The notes beneath the pieces are model-generated. The model had not been told where the DNA came from and searched no databases. It saw only the letters and a program-made list of their open reading frames with translations. Shown in pieces: positions 19,505 through 29,139 of a stretch of DNA of 63,871 nt. How positions within the stretch are numbered: position 1 is the first letter of the stretch; each line of letters starts with the position of its first letter. The stretch is from an archaeon (lineage in GTDB: Archaea; Asgardarchaeota; Thorarchaeia; Thorarchaeales; Thorarchaeaceae): positions 1-63,871 of the forward strand of contig JAJRWI010000025.1 in the NCBI GenBank assembly GCA_024276825.1. The letters are read 5' to 3'. Position numbers and translations under genes: made by a program.

Positions 19505-19759
19505 CTGACTTTCCTCATTGGGTTAAATTGGTCATCTATTAGTTCATGACACGAAATCATAAGATTTACTGTCAGTAATAAAGTTTCGTAGTTTGCAAAG
19601 AACTATGTGAACTTTGCTGTTTCTATTGAGTAGGAGCACTTTTTGTCCGATGCATGTATATGCGAAAAAACTGGCTTTTGACTTGATTGGGCATAATGCT
19701 TCATTTTGATGATTATTGCATTGTAGGAGTGCTTTTCGATAGACTATTGCAAAAGAGTA

Positions 19760-20152
19760 TCAACTTGACTGAAGATGTCGTATAAAAAGTGGTATCAACA
19801 CTCCAATGTAACTAATAGATAGTGAGTCTATGAATAGAAATGTGATGACTATCAGACGAGGCATAAGTAGAGTCGCAAGAAGCGGACTTGCATAATAGAC
19901 ACTCACCATTAATATCAAACCAATTATGAAAATGATCACTGATATTCTTTCATCAATCTGCTTTAATTGTGCTTTCTCTGCAAGATATTGAGCAACCATA
20001 GTTGTTGAGACCAGAATTGGCAAGAATCCAATAATTACACAAAAAGTGTTTATGTCTGGAAACAATTGAAATGCAGAGATAAACACTTGGACTATTGTAC
20101 CCATCAGGAAAAGCAGTATTCCAATAATTATCAGTTTATTATTCTCGTTCAT
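19760..20152 (-). CDS. Small 4-TM membrane protein (possible immunity protein)
   Basis: Four hydrophobic segments; GGAGG upstream; AT-rich. Confidence 0.6.
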   Translation of the reverse strand: MNENNKLIIIGILLFLMGTIVQVFISAFQLFPDINTFCVIIGFLPILVSTTMVAQYLAEKAQLKQIDERISVIIFIIGLILMVSVYYASPLLATLLMPRLIVITFLFIDSLSISYIGVLIPLFIRHLQSS

Positions 20153-20187
20153 TATAGATGTGCCTCCTGCTTTTCAATAATATAAAA

Positions 20188-21108
20188 TCATGGATTCCCA
20201 ATTCCGATCGCATCAACAAAAGTATATGATCCAATCCTGAGATAGCCTGATGTCAACAACACAGAAGCGGCAATTCCCATTCCTGATCCACCAAGTGCTG
20301 TGAGCCACCAAAGATTTGATTTAAGCCATGTATCATAACTTTTGCCCCACCACCACCAAATACAACCAGCTTCATCAATTAAGACTGATTCTGTGAGATA
20401 TCCAAAGGCAAGACCTAGGATTCCACCAATAAAAGCGCCTGCGGGCCCATCTATCAAAGCACGTATTGTGCCGAAAATAACTCCCCAGCCACCAACCGCG
20501 ACTGCAGCAGATAGGGTACTACCCATTTGATTGTGATAGGAATTCTGGCCATTTAATGTGGTCTCAGTCCATGTTGGAATGTGGTAATAGTTTCTATCTG
20601 GGTGATGATATTTGAATTGATATGAAGGACCAATCACTTGGCGCATACCATCCCACCAAGAGTATGAATATAATTCATCCAAATCATGGCCAGTCTTTGT
20701 ATTTGATTTTGTTATTGAAGCATTCAATGGCTTGATAATATTGGCTGATCGAATAAATGTCAATTTCGTATTACTATTAACTATAATTGTTGTCAAGAAT
20801 TGATTATTGATTGGAGAAACTAGTAGTTCCAATGTGGAAACCATATATTCATCAACATAACTGATCAGAATGTGGTGTCCTGGCGAAAAGATGAAAATAG
20901 TTAATTCCATTTCGTCAATAACAAAAGAGAACACTTCTGCATCTAGTTCGTTGTAAATGATGTCAACATGCCCCAGTGAAAATAATTGTTGGCTTTTTAC
21001 GCCCGAAGAGGCTTTAAAGTATCCATTTGAAGATGCAAAAGAACTTACAATTCCAGAGAGAACCATAACCAAAACTAAAATTATAGAGAGAAATTTCGAG
21101 ATTTTCAA
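20188..21108 (-). CDS. Secreted protein with C-terminal glycine-zipper hydrophobic region
   Basis: Signal peptide from TTG at 21108; GPAGAFIGGILGLAFG and LGGSGMGIAA segments; WWWW run. Confidence 0.6.
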   Translation of the reverse strand: MKISKFLSIILVLVMVLSGIVSSFASSNGYFKASSGVKSQQLFSLGHVDIIYNELDAEVFSFVIDEMELTIFIFSPGHHILISYVDEYMVSTLELLVSPINNQFLTTIIVNSNTKLTFIRSANIIKPLNASITKSNTKTGHDLDELYSYSWWDGMRQVIGPSYQFKYHHPDRNYYHIPTWTETTLNGQNSYHNQMGSTLSAAVAVGGWGVIFGTIRALIDGPAGAFIGGILGLAFGYLTESVLIDEAGCIWWWWGKSYDTWLKSNLWWLTALGGSGMGIAASVLLTSGYLRIGSYTFVDAIGIGNP

Positions 21109-21281
21109 TCCCCAACACCAAGATGAATTAATCAACAATTCCTTTTTTTTTCGGTTCTAGCAAAACGAGGGTCTATCATTAAATGCTAAAAAGAAAGGAC
21201 AAGAATTATTCAGTCGTGCCTATGCTGATTAATTCCTGCATTCAATGTAATTAGAATAGAATAAAGATGGAATCAGTCCCA

Positions 21282-22082
21282 CTATTTTTGAAGCGTATCC
21301 GCAATCCAGTGCATGAATTTTGCAAGTATTTCATTAAATCGTTCTGATTGTTCAATCATAGGCTGGTGATCTGCATCACGGATCAACACGAGATCGGCCC
21401 TGGGGAGTGCACGTTCGAGTTCTTGAGCATAACCGGGGCGAATCACATCATCATCAATCCCATGAATCACCAGAGTAGGTAGCCTGATCTCTCCAAGACG
21501 GTCATTGATGTCGAACTCATGGCAGGCCTTGAGGTCTCGTGGCAGCATCTCAGGATGTGTTTCTTTCATTCTCTGCTCTGCTTCAATTATCTCCAATGCT
21601 TCGGAGTTCTTGTGCTTGAGTTTACTCTCAAGTCTGAAAAACATCTCCTGAACAAACTCAATGGCAAGTCCGGGTGTGAGCTTCGTCAAATCGAGGTCTG
21701 CAGAGGTATCGACAAGGACAAGAGCTCTTGGTTGTGGTGAGCTGCCATTCAACACATAAGACATCACAACTCCACCACCCATGCTATGCCCGACCAGAAC
21801 AAAGTTTTCTAGTGAGAGGTGTTTGATGAGCGCCTCCAGTTCTCGTGCATAGTCGTTCATTATGCTCACATTATCCACAGTCGTTTCAGAACAGCCATGA
21901 CCAGACAGGTCGAATGTGATGACACGATGAGTCCTCTTGAATTCTCGAACTTGCAGTTTCCAGATGTTGTGGGATGAGCCTGCACCATGAACGAAGACAA
22001 TGGGAAATCCTTGAGCCTTGTCCATGCGTTCATCAGCCTCAAAATAGCAGAGTTTTGCGCCCTTATACATGAATTCTGGCAA
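21282..22082 (-). CDS. Alpha/beta hydrolase
   Basis: FVHGAG, DLSGHG, GHSMGG nucleophile elbow, GIDD, ADH triad His. Confidence 0.92.
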   Translation of the reverse strand: MPEFMYKGAKLCYFEADERMDKAQGFPIVFVHGAGSSHNIWKLQVREFKRTHRVITFDLSGHGCSETTVDNVSIMNDYARELEALIKHLSLENFVLVGHSMGGGVVMSYVLNGSSPQPRALVLVDTSADLDLTKLTPGLAIEFVQEMFFRLESKLKHKNSEALEIIEAEQRMKETHPEMLPRDLKACHEFDINDRLGEIRLPTLVIHGIDDDVIRPGYAQELERALPRADLVLIRDADHQPMIEQSERFNEILAKFMHWIADTLQK

Positions 22083-22193
22083 GAAGGTTCACCTCATTTA
22101 ATGAAAGACTCATGAGTCAATGCCATATAGCAGTATCCTTGATGCCATGTTAATGGCGGTAGGTATTTCTTTTCATTTGACATCCCAAGACAC

Positions 22194-23579
22194 GTGGCAG
22201 AGATGAAAGGAAGACTATTCGGAACCACGGGTGTCAGAAAGGTGTATGGAAGAGAGTTTGACCTTGATATGGCACTCGATCTTGGAAAAGCCTTTGGTAC
22301 ATATCTGAATGAGGGCACGGTGCTACTTGCCAGAGATGTAAGGATCACCGGCAAGATGGTGGAGGACACATTTGCGGCAGGACTGATGTCCACAGGGATA
22401 TCGGTTGTGAGAGCGGGAGTCATTCCCACTCCAACGCTTGCATTCATGACAATGCATGGCCGATACAAGGCAGGAGTTATGATAACAGCCTCACATAATC
22501 CGCCAGAGTATACAGGGATAAAATTCTGGACTGCAAGCAGCATGGGATACACACCCCATGAGGAGAGGGAAATTGAGAAGATCTATCAATCACGAGAGTT
22601 CAAGCGGGCAACATGGGACAGGCTTGGTTCTGACTCAAGTATAGATAATGCGGTCAGTGAACATATCAGAGAGATCTTGGCAAGGACCAAGGTTGAAACA
22701 ATAAAATCCAAGGAGTTCAAGGTTGTCGTCGACCCGGGAAATGGCGCGGCCTGTGTTTTGACACCATATCTTGTCAGAGAACTTGGATGCAAGGTCATCA
22801 CGATCAATGGGCAACTGGACGGACACTTTCCAGGCAGAAAGTCCGAGCCTGATAAGGAGTCATTGGTTGATCTGATCAGAGTCGTCAGGGACACTGGTGC
22901 GGACCTTGGAGTCGCTCATGATGGTGATTCTGACAGGGTTGTGTTTGTGACTGAAAACGGTGAAGTGATTCGGAGTGACAGGACTATTGCATTAATATCA
23001 ATGGACATGTTGAAACGGCAGCCGGGAGGTGTCATAGTCACTACTGTTGACAGTTCAAAAGTGCTTGATGAAATAGTGGAGAAGCATGGCGGCAAAGTCA
23101 TAAGGACACCTGTCGGAGACATTCAGGTAGCGTTCAAGATAAGGGAGAATAACGCAATATTTGGTGGCGAGGCCTGTGGAGTCTTCATATTCCCCGATTT
23201 TCATCTGGCCCCTGAGCCATTTCTGGCAACCTGTAAGATTCTTGAACTCATGGCGAAGACTGGTAGAGGCTTTAGAGACCTAATGAGAGAGATTCCTATC
23301 TATCCACTCAAGAAGACAAAGATTCAGTGTGATAATGAGAGAAAGCAGGAGGTCATGGAAACACTTCAGGAGAAGCTACCAGAAGCCATAGGTGATGTTG
23401 TGGAGATCATCACTGTGGATGGGCTTGGCGTGTCGCTGAAAAATGGATGGCTCCTCGTGCGACCCTCTGGAACCGAACCAGTCATCAGAATCACATGTGA
23501 GGCAAGGAGTGAGCAAGACGTAGAACATATAATAGAGAGAGCAAAGGAGATAGTTGAAGGAACAATCGCAACAAGATAG
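22194..23579 (+). CDS. glmM: Phosphoglucosamine/phosphomanno-mutase
   Basis: LFGTTGVR, ITASHNP, HDGDSDR, GGE, VRPSGTEP; substrate specificity not resolvable. Confidence 0.85.
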   Translation: MAEMKGRLFGTTGVRKVYGREFDLDMALDLGKAFGTYLNEGTVLLARDVRITGKMVEDTFAAGLMSTGISVVRAGVIPTPTLAFMTMHGRYKAGVMITASHNPPEYTGIKFWTASSMGYTPHEEREIEKIYQSREFKRATWDRLGSDSSIDNAVSEHIREILARTKVETIKSKEFKVVVDPGNGAACVLTPYLVRELGCKVITINGQLDGHFPGRKSEPDKESLVDLIRVVRDTGADLGVAHDGDSDRVVFVTENGEVIRSDRTIALISMDMLKRQPGGVIVTTVDSSKVLDEIVEKHGGKVIRTPVGDIQVAFKIRENNAIFGGEACGVFIFPDFHLAPEPFLATCKILELMAKTGRGFRDLMREIPIYPLKKTKIQCDNERKQEVMETLQEKLPEAIGDVVEIITVDGLGVSLKNGWLLVRPSGTEPVIRITCEARSEQDVEHIIERAKEIVEGTIATR

Positions 23580-23630
23580 TTTTATAGCACAACAAATAGA
23601 AAAAGAGAGTTGTATATTGGAGTAAGAGAA

Positions 23631-24038
23631 ATGCCCGACGAAGACGAACTAGGAATAATGGAAGAATTTGAGTGGGCATTAAAGGATCCCACTGAAGAAA
23701 AGATACGACAACTAGGTGAAGTAGTGAGTACCATAACCACTAAACTAGTGGCTGCCATAAGCGAGATTCAAGAGAACATTTACAATATCAAAAATGAAGT
23801 TAGTGAGTTGAGTTCCAAAGTGGATCAACTGGAGGGCAAGATCTCACGACTGTCTACTGCGGGTCCTGCAACGGCGGCCCCATCTGCAGCATCTGCCGCT
23901 GCTGATACACCAATAGCCGCTGCTCCAAAGCCAAAGCCCGCAGCAGCCCCACCCCCAAGTTCAGGAGGAGGCCTAATGGGAGAACTAAAGGCTGCTCTTG
24001 CGGCCAGAAGAAGAAAGGCAGGCGGAGAGGACGGTTAG
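23631..24038 (+). CDS. Coiled-coil + Pro/Ala linker + VASP-FAB/WH2-like C-terminal motif protein
   Basis: Heptad region ISEIQENIYNIKNEVSELSSKVDQLEGKISRL; APKPKPAAAPPP; GGGLMGELKAALAARRRKA. Confidence 0.7.
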   Translation: MPDEDELGIMEEFEWALKDPTEEKIRQLGEVVSTITTKLVAAISEIQENIYNIKNEVSELSSKVDQLEGKISRLSTAGPATAAPSAASAAADTPIAAAPKPKPAAAPPPSSGGGLMGELKAALAARRRKAGGEDG

Positions 24039-24700
24039 AAAAGCGTCATGACATTGTTCTTTGGATAGAACGGTCCCGAGTGTTCTGGTAGGGTCACTGA
24101 GAATGCTTCTGCGCGTTCGCATGCAGACTGAACGCCCCGTAGAGCAGTTCTTGTGTCGTATAGTCTTAGGTAGTAATCATTGGCTTTGCTTATCTGCGAC
24201 TCGTGTTCTTTTAATGCGGCCACGGCACTCTTGTAAAATGGCGTTATGTTGACAAACACATGTGGACGAGAAATGGGCGTGTTGATCTCCATATGGAGCA
24301 CACGTTCCACTCGATGAGCATTGTCAAAGAGGGTTGTATGGGACGCCCACTCGATAGCGCGTCTCACAATCTCCAATGTCGCCCTATGATTATGATTGTA
24401 GTCCTCCTCTGAATGAGTGATTATCAGGAAGGGTCTTGACTTCAGGATTGCACCTATGACCTCATTGACAAGGTCCATGCCAATGTCAAAATCATCACGT
24501 TCGCTCAGGAACAGAGAGCGTACACCCAGACGCGAACAGGCATTCTGAAGTTCGTTGTTCCTTGTGTCATTGCCTGTAAGGCACATCACATCAACAGGAA
24601 TGTTGTGAGTAGTATGTGCCAGAATGGTGCCGCCAGCACCGATGCATTCATCATCAGGGTGAGCACTAATTACCAGAATTGACTTGGTTTCATCGGGCAT
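24035..24700 (-). CDS. bshB: PIG-L family deacetylase, BshB-like
   Basis: SAHPDDE..GAGGTI, DYNHNH, HESQ, AEAF; divergent from bshA-bshC. Confidence 0.75.
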   Translation of the reverse strand: MPDETKSILVISAHPDDECIGAGGTILAHTTHNIPVDVMCLTGNDTRNNELQNACSRLGVRSLFLSERDDFDIGMDLVNEVIGAILKSRPFLIITHSEEDYNHNHRATLEIVRRAIEWASHTTLFDNAHRVERVLHMEINTPISRPHVFVNITPFYKSAVAALKEHESQISKANDYYLRLYDTRTALRGVQSACERAEAFSVTLPEHSGPFYPKNNVMTLF

Positions 24701-24801
24701 GTTGCCACAATTGTCACCAATACTAATCAACCATTCTAATTGACCAGACCATTTTCCTTATAGGACAGCATCATGCATAACTGATTACTCTGGTGAACCA
24801 C

Positions 24802-25968
24802 ATGAACATAGGAGTCAATCTCTATCCATCTGTGGGAGGCTCTGGATATCTGGCCACAAGGCTTGGTCAACATCTCGCCCGTCGTGGACACCATATCCAT
24901 TTCATCACCTATGACAGACCATTCTCGCTGATGTGGGAGTCAACACAGGGAGTCTATGTTGATCTTGTTGACAGGTTCGATTACCCATTGTTCAAGAATA
25001 TTGGTCCACCCTATGGTATGGCTCTCACCTCTAAGATAGTGAAAGTGGCAAAGTCATCCAAACTTGACTTGATTCATTCTCATTACGCTATACCTCATGC
25101 AATGTCTGCATACATGGCAAGAGAGATCATTGGGATACCCTATGTACTCACACTGCATGGTTCAGATGTTCATACCCTGGGCATGGACCCCGCCTATCGG
25201 CCAGTAGTTGAGCATGTAATAGAAAATGCCGATGCTGTGACATCTGTTTCGGAGTTTCTCAAGAGGAAGGCAATTGAGGAAATGGGAATAGAGAGGGACA
25301 TCAAGGTCATTCCAAATTTCATTGATGTGAAGAGGTTCACTCACCTCAATGGAATAAGGCTTCTTGTTGAGAGCGGGTGTGTCTCACTACGACGAAATGA
25401 GGAACTCAAGGAGATTGACCCTGATGAGAAGATCTTACTTCATGCCTCCAATTTCAGAAGAGTGAAGAGAGTAGTCGAACTTGTGGAGATGATGAGACCC
25501 ATTGTAGACCATCTACCAAAGACAAGACTGATAATCGCTGGCGATGGCCCCACGAGAATCGAGGTTGAACGCAAGATAGATGAACTCGACTTGTGTAACA
25601 ATGTCCACCTCTTAGGAATTAAGAGCAACATGCTTGAAATCATGTGCACTGCTGATGTGTTCCTTCTCAATTCCACACTTGAGGGGATGCCCCTTGTGCT
25701 CCTTGAGGCAATGTCATGTAAACTCCCGGTTGTGACCACTCCTGCGGGAGGCATCCCTGAGCTGGTCCGACCCGGAATTGATGGAATAGTGACAAAGGGG
25801 TTTGAGCAGGACGAGTACATTCAGAAAGTCTTGGAGATATTGACTGATGACAAGTTGCGTCAGAAGTATGCCCAGGCGGGACGCAAGAGGGTTGAAGAGA
25901 GTTTTTCAGCAGATAAGATTGTCAAACAATATGAACAGTTGTTTATTGAGGTCATTGCAGATCGGTAG
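24802..25968 (+). CDS. bshA: N-acetyl-alpha-D-glucosaminyl L-malate synthase (GT4)
   Basis: YPSVGGSG..AT.LG, HIHFIT, LIHSHYAIPHA, TLHGSDV, HASNFRRVKRV: BshA-specific signatures. Confidence 0.88.
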   Translation: MNIGVNLYPSVGGSGYLATRLGQHLARRGHHIHFITYDRPFSLMWESTQGVYVDLVDRFDYPLFKNIGPPYGMALTSKIVKVAKSSKLDLIHSHYAIPHAMSAYMAREIIGIPYVLTLHGSDVHTLGMDPAYRPVVEHVIENADAVTSVSEFLKRKAIEEMGIERDIKVIPNFIDVKRFTHLNGIRLLVESGCVSLRRNEELKEIDPDEKILLHASNFRRVKRVVELVEMMRPIVDHLPKTRLIIAGDGPTRIEVERKIDELDLCNNVHLLGIKSNMLEIMCTADVFLLNSTLEGMPLVLLEAMSCKLPVVTTPAGGIPELVRPGIDGIVTKGFEQDEYIQKVLEILTDDKLRQKYAQAGRKRVEESFSADKIVKQYEQLFIEVIADR

Positions 25969-25977
25969 GAGGCCTTA

Positions 25978-27693
25978 TTGGTGAAGAGTATTGGGACTGT
26001 CTACGAAGACTACATCTGGCGTGGCAAGAATGAGGACCTAGCAGCGAGCCTTTATAACAAGCCGCCAGAAACATTGGGCTCTGTGTTTAATCGAGTTAAG
26101 GGGATTATGAGGGCATATGAGAAGACAGAGTGGTTTACATCTGAGAGATATGCCATCCTTGAGAGAGCATTGACTGATTGGAACCGCCAGATTGGATGTC
26201 TGACCAGTGCAGTCCGTGAGAACATATCCAGACTGCAAGATGGAGCAATTGAGGTCGCTCATCAGAGTATTGTACTAGGAGGGCCCTGCTATATTCTTAA
26301 CAAGGCTGCAACTGCAAATATTCTGTTTCATATTGGAGTTGAGAGAGGAGTTCCACAGACACCCTACTATTGTATTGCAGATTATGACATTATACAGGCA
26401 GAACTGATTAACATTCGCACGCCATTAATGGGGCATGAGGGAAATCTGATCAGCATTCCTGTTCCAGAGGGTTACAAGAACTCACCAGTGAGCGCAGTCC
26501 CACTTCCAGAGAAGAGTTGGCTTGATGAGGTGGAGGAGAGTCTGCGATCAAACTACCATCCGCTCTTCAAAGCAATTGAGGGCAGCGTAAGGCGCGTGTT
26601 CGAAGAACGACTTGATGGATCGCTCACTGTGATTCGATGGGCGTTTACAAACTCAAAATTCATCGGCGATTTTGCACAGCGAATCATAGGCTGGCTCGTC
26701 AATATCCAAGGGGGGCTGGGAATTCCAATTGTGCCAGCCTCGAATAAGAAGATCAGAACCCTACTCGTGATGGGTCTCGAGTTCTTGCTCCAAGTGGACA
26801 ACAGGGAGAAGTTCCTGCGAGTACAAGGCAAGATAACTCAACTCATTAAGGACAAAGGGTATCGGCCCAGTTTTTCTGCGCGACCAGATGATTATGTCCC
26901 GTTCTTCTACGAATGCCAGAATGAGGGATGTAACAAGAGCAGGACCGAGTTGAAGTATGATATGGTCAATGATAAAGCGGTCCTCAGAGGGAGATGTCTT
27001 TCTTGTGGAGAGAAGATTGAAATCGAGGTTTCTGCAAAGGATCCAGATCTCACCAGCATTGCAGAACATATCTCGCCACGTGTGGACTCAAGACAGTTTG
27101 CTGTCAATACAATGATACCTGTCACTGTTCATGTGGGCGGACCTGGCGAGGGAGCATACTATGCCCAGGTGATCCCTATTGCCAGAGAGCTTGGAACTCC
27201 ATTCCCAGACTTCGTCAGATATCCGCGCGTGTATTTCAACACTCCCTGGAATGAGGCCCTTGCGAAGAGTCTGAATGATAGGGGATACCCTGTTCTTCAT
27301 TCCCCAGAGATGTTCAAGATCATTGGGAAGAGCAACCGGTATAGGAAGAAGAAACGCTATGATGAGATGAACGAGAAAATCGGGGAGTTCGAGGAACTCT
27401 TGAAGAGGAAACACAGGGAGATTAGCAGGGCAATTGAAGAACTCAAGACCAAGATTGCTGAGAGCTCAAGAGAGAAGCAACAGGAACTGCGAAGAGACTT
27501 GCTTGATATGGAGCGCTATCTGAGCTGGGTATTCGGTCAGTATGCACCTGAGAAAATGGGGCAAGAGACCGCGTGGTCATGGATTGAGTGGGCAATAAAC
27601 GCGGGCTTGTCTGATCTCTTTGGACCATACAAAAGAGCATATGTGGCATCCATGAAGAATGGTGCCACATTGTTTGTAAACTTTTCAACCTAG
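25978..27693 (+). CDS. bshC: Bacillithiol cysteine-adding enzyme
   Basis: HQSIVLGGPCYILNK, DYD, GGPGEGAYYAQ, C-terminal coiled coil; immediately after bshA. Confidence 0.78.
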   Translation: MVKSIGTVYEDYIWRGKNEDLAASLYNKPPETLGSVFNRVKGIMRAYEKTEWFTSERYAILERALTDWNRQIGCLTSAVRENISRLQDGAIEVAHQSIVLGGPCYILNKAATANILFHIGVERGVPQTPYYCIADYDIIQAELINIRTPLMGHEGNLISIPVPEGYKNSPVSAVPLPEKSWLDEVEESLRSNYHPLFKAIEGSVRRVFEERLDGSLTVIRWAFTNSKFIGDFAQRIIGWLVNIQGGLGIPIVPASNKKIRTLLVMGLEFLLQVDNREKFLRVQGKITQLIKDKGYRPSFSARPDDYVPFFYECQNEGCNKSRTELKYDMVNDKAVLRGRCLSCGEKIEIEVSAKDPDLTSIAEHISPRVDSRQFAVNTMIPVTVHVGGPGEGAYYAQVIPIARELGTPFPDFVRYPRVYFNTPWNEALAKSLNDRGYPVLHSPEMFKIIGKSNRYRKKKRYDEMNEKIGEFEELLKRKHREISRAIEELKTKIAESSREKQQELRRDLLDMERYLSWVFGQYAPEKMGQETAWSWIEWAINAGLSDLFGPYKRAYVASMKNGATLFVNFST

Positions 27694-28956
27694 TTCTTTT
27701 GTCAACAGCTTGCCAAGGCGCTCTATGCCCTCCGAAATGATTTCTATGTCCGCATAGGAGAACCCAAGACGCATTGTGTTGAGCTCACGTCTTACCTCAA
27801 CCAATGTGTTTCCATCATCAGACAAGCTGAATCCCGTCTGCGGATAGAAAGGCCCGCCAGGCACGTAGAGCAGGTCATTAGGTATCGCAACGCGTTGCAT
27901 GAATTCTCCGCTGTCGAAATTGGTGTCCTCGCTCTGCCACCAGATGAAGAAACCGCCAGTTGGGTCAGTTCGACTCCCAGCAGGGAATGATTCATCAATG
28001 GCCTTTGCCATTGCTTCATATCGTTTCTTGTATTGAGGAACCGCCTTCTGCATTGCCAGATCGATGTACTTGGAATAGTACTCATCTAGAATGCGCTGAA
28101 CAAGTGTGGATGTGCACAGGTCGAGATAGCCTTTGTCCTTCAAAACCTGCTCCTTGACATTAGGTGGAAGAACTGAATATCCGACTCGCAGCACTGCGGC
28201 CTCCTTACTTGTGGTACCGAGATAGGCCACTCGTAAGTTCTCTTTATCAAGGGCCTTAATGGGTCTGATTGGTTCCTTAAACTGAATCTCGGCATATGCA
28301 GAGTCCTCAAGAATGAGAACATTATGGCTCTCGGCAATATCGAATAGTGCTCTCCGTCTATTCTCAGGCAGTGTTGTTCCTTTCGGGTTATCAGAATCTG
28401 GAACCACATAGATGATGTCTGGAACCTTCCCAAAGTTCTGCTTGGAGAGCTGAATGGCCTTCTCAACATATTCAGGAATGATCCCATCAAGGTCAGTGGG
28501 AACAGTGATTATACGTGCTCCGAGCTTGACCGCAGGAACCAGAAAGCCAAGATATGCAGGAGAAGGGGTGATTATTACATCGCCTGGATCGATGAGCGTG
28601 TCAAGTAGTGCGTAGAGTGCCTGCTGTGAACCGTTTGTAATTGACACAGCATCCCACTGATCCTCGGGATTGATAGGAATGTGCCTTACATCATGAAGTC
28701 TCTTTGCAAGGGTCTTGAGAAACCATGGCTGGCCGCCGGTGGGACCATAATTGAAGTCCTCGAGGGCCATCTTCGGGTCCTTCTTGTATCGCTCACTGAG
28801 ATCAGACATGATGTCTGCAAGAATATCGGTGGGCATAATGCCGGGTTTACCCCCCGCAAAGTAATACTTCACCCTGTATTTCAAAAGAGCTCGGATTTGT
28901 GACTCAGCAATGAGCCCGGTCCAAGTCGCGAAAGAATAGCCATTTTTGTCTGCCAT
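27685..28956 (-). CDS. PLP-dependent class I aminotransferase (LysN/ARO8-like)
   Basis: FAGGKP, ITNGSQQAL, NPKG, EDSAY, TTSK...LRVG, GGFFIW. Confidence 0.9.
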   Translation of the reverse strand: MADKNGYSFATWTGLIAESQIRALLKYRVKYYFAGGKPGIMPTDILADIMSDLSERYKKDPKMALEDFNYGPTGGQPWFLKTLAKRLHDVRHIPINPEDQWDAVSITNGSQQALYALLDTLIDPGDVIITPSPAYLGFLVPAVKLGARIITVPTDLDGIIPEYVEKAIQLSKQNFGKVPDIIYVVPDSDNPKGTTLPENRRRALFDIAESHNVLILEDSAYAEIQFKEPIRPIKALDKENLRVAYLGTTSKEAAVLRVGYSVLPPNVKEQVLKDKGYLDLCTSTLVQRILDEYYSKYIDLAMQKAVPQYKKRYEAMAKAIDESFPAGSRTDPTGGFFIWWQSEDTNFDSGEFMQRVAIPNDLLYVPGGPFYPQTGFSLSDDGNTLVEVRRELNTMRLGFSYADIEIISEGIERLGKLLTKELG

Positions 28957-29012
28957 AGGAATTGACTCCTAAGAGGCTGAGTTGAGTTTCACTTTGTCCC
29001 GTCATGAGTGTG

Positions 29013-29127
29013 TGATGTACAGTAGTGTACACTACATTGAGTCATTGATGCGGCTTCCCTTTATCTGTTTCTACAAGTACACTTGGTGACGGTGCTTTGT
29101 TTTGAGCTATGATGTACAAAAGTGTGC
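29013..29127. promoter_or_regulatory. Two copies of a putative operator TGATGTACA-NN-AGTGT(A/G)C upstream of the aminotransferase
   Basis: Copies at 29013-29030 and 29110-29127; perfect palindrome GTAGTGTACACTAC at 29022-29035. Confidence 0.35.
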
Positions 29128-29139
29128 CATGATGCTTCA

